A stretch of 64,000 nt of DNA from Dehalococcoidia bacterium (GTDB lineage: Bacteria; Chloroflexota; Dehalococcoidia; Lucifugimonadales; Lucifugimonadaceae). Of the stretch, positions 61,446-64,000 are shown piece by piece. A program made the position numbers and the translations under genes. The number at the start of each line of letters is the position of its first letter. Position 1 is the first letter of the stretch. The notes under the pieces were generated by a model. That model did not search any database. It was not told the origin of the DNA and saw nothing but the letters and a program-made list of their open reading frames with translations. The stretch lies in the NCBI GenBank assembly GCA_965116365.1, contig OZ220682.1, positions 2,008,001-2,072,000 on the forward strand, given 5' to 3'.

Positions 61446-61960
61446 TTGTTAAGTCCTCTCATCATGCCTCGGAGGTACTCGATCTGTCCGAGGTGTTCTG
61501 CCTCTTCGCATAGCAGACGACCCAAGATTTGAGCGCCGGTCCAACCTCGGAAGTTCGTATGTTCGATGACTCTCGACAGGTCATCTTCACTCATAGCGTT
61601 CGCAAAGTAGCCTGACGTCTCTTTACGGATGGATCGATAGTAGCCCATGACTTTCGGAACATCGATCCCACCCATCGCCCGAATCTCATCCATCGTCATC
61701 CCGGCACCAGCGCCGGTGTATGCGATGCCTAGACACTTGCCCCAGCCGTCGCGTTCCCAGATCGGAACTCGTTTTTGAAGTACAACATTGACCAAGTTGT
61801 CTTCTACCCGCGCCATGTGCCAAACCATCCAATCGATAGAGTTCGACTCCAGCGTCGGTTGCCAACTTAGCTCATCCTCACTCAAACCATCCAAAGCACG
61901 ATTCAGCTTCTCGAAGCACTCGTTGACGCCGCTGTCGATGGCTTGCAGAAAAGGTCGCAT
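61442..61960 (-). CDS. DinB-family protein, paralogue 2 of 3
   Basis: By eye about 65% identical to paralogue 1. Its stop overlaps the start of paralogue 1 (ATGA at 61442-61445). Confidence 0.8.
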   Translation of the reverse strand: MRPFLQAIDSGVNECFEKLNRALDGLSEDELSWQPTLESNSIDWMVWHMARVEDNLVNVVLQKRVPIWERDGWGKCLGIAYTGAGAGMTMDEIRAMGGIDVPKVMGYYRSIRKETSGYFANAMSEDDLSRVIEHTNFRGWTGAQILGRLLCEEAEHLGQIEYLRGMMRGLNK

Positions 61961-61973
61961 GGCCAGTCCCCAA

Positions 61974-62492
61974 CTACCCGTCCAACCCGCGCATCATTCC
62001 GCGCAGGTACGCGATCTGCCCTAGGTGCTGAGCCTCTTCGACGAGGATGTGTCCTAAGACCCAAGCGCCGCTTACCGCGATCTTTCTGCGCGGATGGTAA
62101 AACTCCTTGTCCAAATCCTCGACGGGCATCTGATCAAGATGCGCGAGCGTGACCTTCCGAGCTTCTCGGTAATAGTCCATCATCTCGTTGATGTCCGTCT
62201 TGGGCATCGCCCGCATTTTCTCGGCTGTATCTTCCCGTCCGTAGTCGTCGGGGTCCATTCCGAAGCGCTTGTACCAGCCATCCTTGACCCAGATGTCGTC
62301 ATCTTGGCGGAGGACGAGATTCACCCATCGGTCTTCCACTCGTCCCATATGCCAGACGATCCACTCGATGAAGTTGGCATGGAGAGCCGGTTGATACCGC
62401 AGTTCATCCTCGGTTAGGCCGTCCAGCGCTTTTTCGAGCCCTTCCATGTACTCGATCAAACCGCTTCGAACCGCATCCTTGAAATCTGGCAT
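61974..62492 (-). CDS. DinB-family protein, paralogue 3 of 3
   Basis: LDGLTEDELRYQP...NFIEWIVWHMGRVED and LGHILVEEAQHLGQIAYLRGMMRG. Confidence 0.8.
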   Translation of the reverse strand: MPDFKDAVRSGLIEYMEGLEKALDGLTEDELRYQPALHANFIEWIVWHMGRVEDRWVNLVLRQDDDIWVKDGWYKRFGMDPDDYGREDTAEKMRAMPKTDINEMMDYYREARKVTLAHLDQMPVEDLDKEFYHPRRKIAVSGAWVLGHILVEEAQHLGQIAYLRGMMRGLDG

Positions 62493-62516
62493 GGTTTATC
62501 TCCTATCCACCCAATT

Positions 62517-62547
62517 CCTCTGGATTCCGGCTTTCGCCGGAATGACG
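62517..62547. repeat. Palindromic repeat family B
   Basis: cctctggattccggctttcgccggaatgacg. Confidence 0.8.
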
Positions 62548-62567
62548 GGATTGCGGTGGCCTTGGCC

Positions 62568-63542
62568 TCAAGCGGCAGACTGCTTCGTAACCGCCTCAAT
62601 CATCGCTTGGATGTAGCCATTGGCGAATGCTCTGCCGCGGTGACCCCACGGCGTGTCCTCGAATGTCTGCGGCACGTGGTCGTCGATGAAGAAGGAGTCG
62701 TAGCCCACTTCCTGGTAGATCTGCATCGCCTTGTACATGTCAACGTGGCCCGTGTTGATGAACTCCTCACGGAATTTTGGCACTGGTGCCGACACGTTGC
62801 GGAAATGCACGTATAGGATCTTCTTTCGCTCGCCGAAGTAGCGGATCATGTCGTAGATGCCGCCATTGGCCGCGTCCTCCATCTCTGAGAACGTCCCTTG
62901 GCAGAATTCGATGCCGTTGTAAGGGGAATCGACGATCTCGATCAGCCGCTTGTAAGAGTCGAACGACCTGAACAGCTGAGGGATACCGCCAAGCTTTTCG
63001 ACGGGCGGATCGCATGGATGGATGCCGCATCGCACACCAGCCTCCTCAGCGACCGGCGTGATGATACGTATCCACTCCTCAAGTCGCTCCCACATCTCCT
63101 CTTCGGTGTGCTCACGCCCGTGAGTATTGGGCATCTTCAACGCCTGTTCGTAGTCGAACGCCGTCGCCAGCGCACCACCTCGAATGAGTTCCGGTTTAGT
63201 TCGCCAGACATGCGACGGCATCCAGTTGTAGCCGAAGATCGGAATGCCAGCGTCACCGATGTTGCGCACTGTTTGGATCATGTTCTCGATCTGCTGCTCC
63301 CGGTTCGGGCCGCCGAGCATGATGTCGAGGTAGAAGTGTGTCGGCACGTTCTCCAGCGCCATCAGCTTCAAGCCTTCGCTCTCGACCTGCAACCTCAGCT
63401 TCACGAGGTCGTTGACCGCCCACTTTCCACCGGCATCAGGCAGTTGCGGCGTGTTGAGCAACACGTCCTTTACACCGTATTGGGCGGCGAACCGCAGATA
63501 CTCACGGCCGGGTGTATTGAACTGTCCAAATCCTGCTCGCAT
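62568..63542 (-). CDS. Mannonate dehydratase (UxuA)-like / xylose-isomerase-fold TIM-barrel protein
   Basis: LALENVP....LD.MLGGP.R..QIEN...T.RN.G.AGIP..GYNWMP..VWRT is UxuA-like, as are HPCDPP and HFRNV. The assignment comes from motif memory only. Confidence 0.6.
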   Translation of the reverse strand: MRAGFGQFNTPGREYLRFAAQYGVKDVLLNTPQLPDAGGKWAVNDLVKLRLQVESEGLKLMALENVPTHFYLDIMLGGPNREQQIENMIQTVRNIGDAGIPIFGYNWMPSHVWRTKPELIRGGALATAFDYEQALKMPNTHGREHTEEEMWERLEEWIRIITPVAEEAGVRCGIHPCDPPVEKLGGIPQLFRSFDSYKRLIEIVDSPYNGIEFCQGTFSEMEDAANGGIYDMIRYFGERKKILYVHFRNVSAPVPKFREEFINTGHVDMYKAMQIYQEVGYDSFFIDDHVPQTFEDTPWGHRGRAFANGYIQAMIEAVTKQSAA

Positions 63543-63648
63543 TTTCGTGCTGCCTTTCGAAACTATCCGGTTTCTAGTGAATTACAGGTTATCTATCAGT
63601 TGTGCGACTTACATTGTTGTCAAGTGATGCGGACGATCATGTTCGTCG

Positions 63649-64000
63649 TTAGGTTCGTCGGGCCCACCTGAAATTCCACCAAGTGATAATCGGGCTGATA
63701 ACCACTGTAGGAGCAATCCAAACAATCCATGCCGGTTCGACGTAATCGAAATTGACGACCATCACCGCCGTGATCGTAGCTATAGTGCCGGCGAGCATGT
63801 TTGTCAGGTGCCGTTGTATTCGCTGGCGCGCCGAAGCAGCCCAACCGCGGTGATACAGCCAATCCAACACGCTGAGAGCGATCGCAATCGTCCCAAACAC
63901 CGCGAGAGCGATCCATATCGTATTGCCTGATGTTCCAACCACGACACCGTACACCCACATTGTCACCCCCGTGACCGCCATGATGCTGACCGCTGCCCAG
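63649..64000 (-). CDS. Hypothetical membrane protein (5' end may lie beyond the window)
   Basis: The hydrophobic product has about 3 TM helices. The reading frame stays open from the ATG at 63979-63981 up to base 64000, so the true start may be outside the window. Confidence 0.45.
   Translation of the reverse strand, partial: WAAVSIMAVTGVTMWVYGVVVGTSGNTIWIALAVFGTIAIALSVLDWLYHRGWAASARQRIQRHLTNMLAGTIATITAVMVVNFDYVEPAWIVWIAPTVVISPIITWWNFRWARRT

Overview
This is a 64-kb stretch of a moderately GC-rich bacterial chromosome. My hand counts of 60-nt lines give about 55-67% GC in core genes. It holds roughly 60 protein genes and one tRNA.

Housekeeping genes:
- dnaN, which is not next to dnaA or recF.
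- A minus-strand alaS-ruvX-aroE-aroC-aroK-aroB block.
- thrC followed by a MoaD/ThiS-like GG-terminated carrier.
- acnA, pntAA-pntAB-pntB and larB.
- A selenocysteine-containing formate dehydrogenase alpha subunit. The ORF track splits it at an in-frame TGA.

Accessory and defence content:
- An MT-A70 methyltransferase followed by two divergent BglII-fold nuclease genes, immediately after fdhA.
- A HigB/HigA-like pair, then tRNA-Lys(UUU), then a low-GC membrane HExxH peptidase, then a 1121-aa single-chain PD-ExK + NPPY methyltransferase of type IIG/IIL-like architecture.
- A VapBC pair and an orphan HicB.
- An AT-rich single gene with an RNxxxH (HEPN-type) motif.

Paralogue arrays: six tandem two-domain VOC (glyoxalase-fold) genes and three tandem DinB-family genes.

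Intergenic regions are mosaics of at least six families of short palindromic (REP/BIME-like) repeats. These generate many spurious ORFs, and one gene-free cluster of them spans 1.1 kb.

Other oddities:
- A 105-bp direct repeat brackets a 388-bp insert at the 3' end of an MFS gene.
- A very AT-rich block carries iterated GTTCAAA and TTTGGAT motifs. It sits next to an HTH protein built from seven exact 24-residue repeats.
- A cell-surface protein has a Pro/Thr-rich linker of about 250 aa.

The paralogue expansions and gene content suggest a Chloroflexota-like (for example SAR202-type) marine lineage, but that is only a guess. No CRISPR array, rRNA, integrase or transposase was found. All family assignments come from motif recognition by eye, not from database searches.
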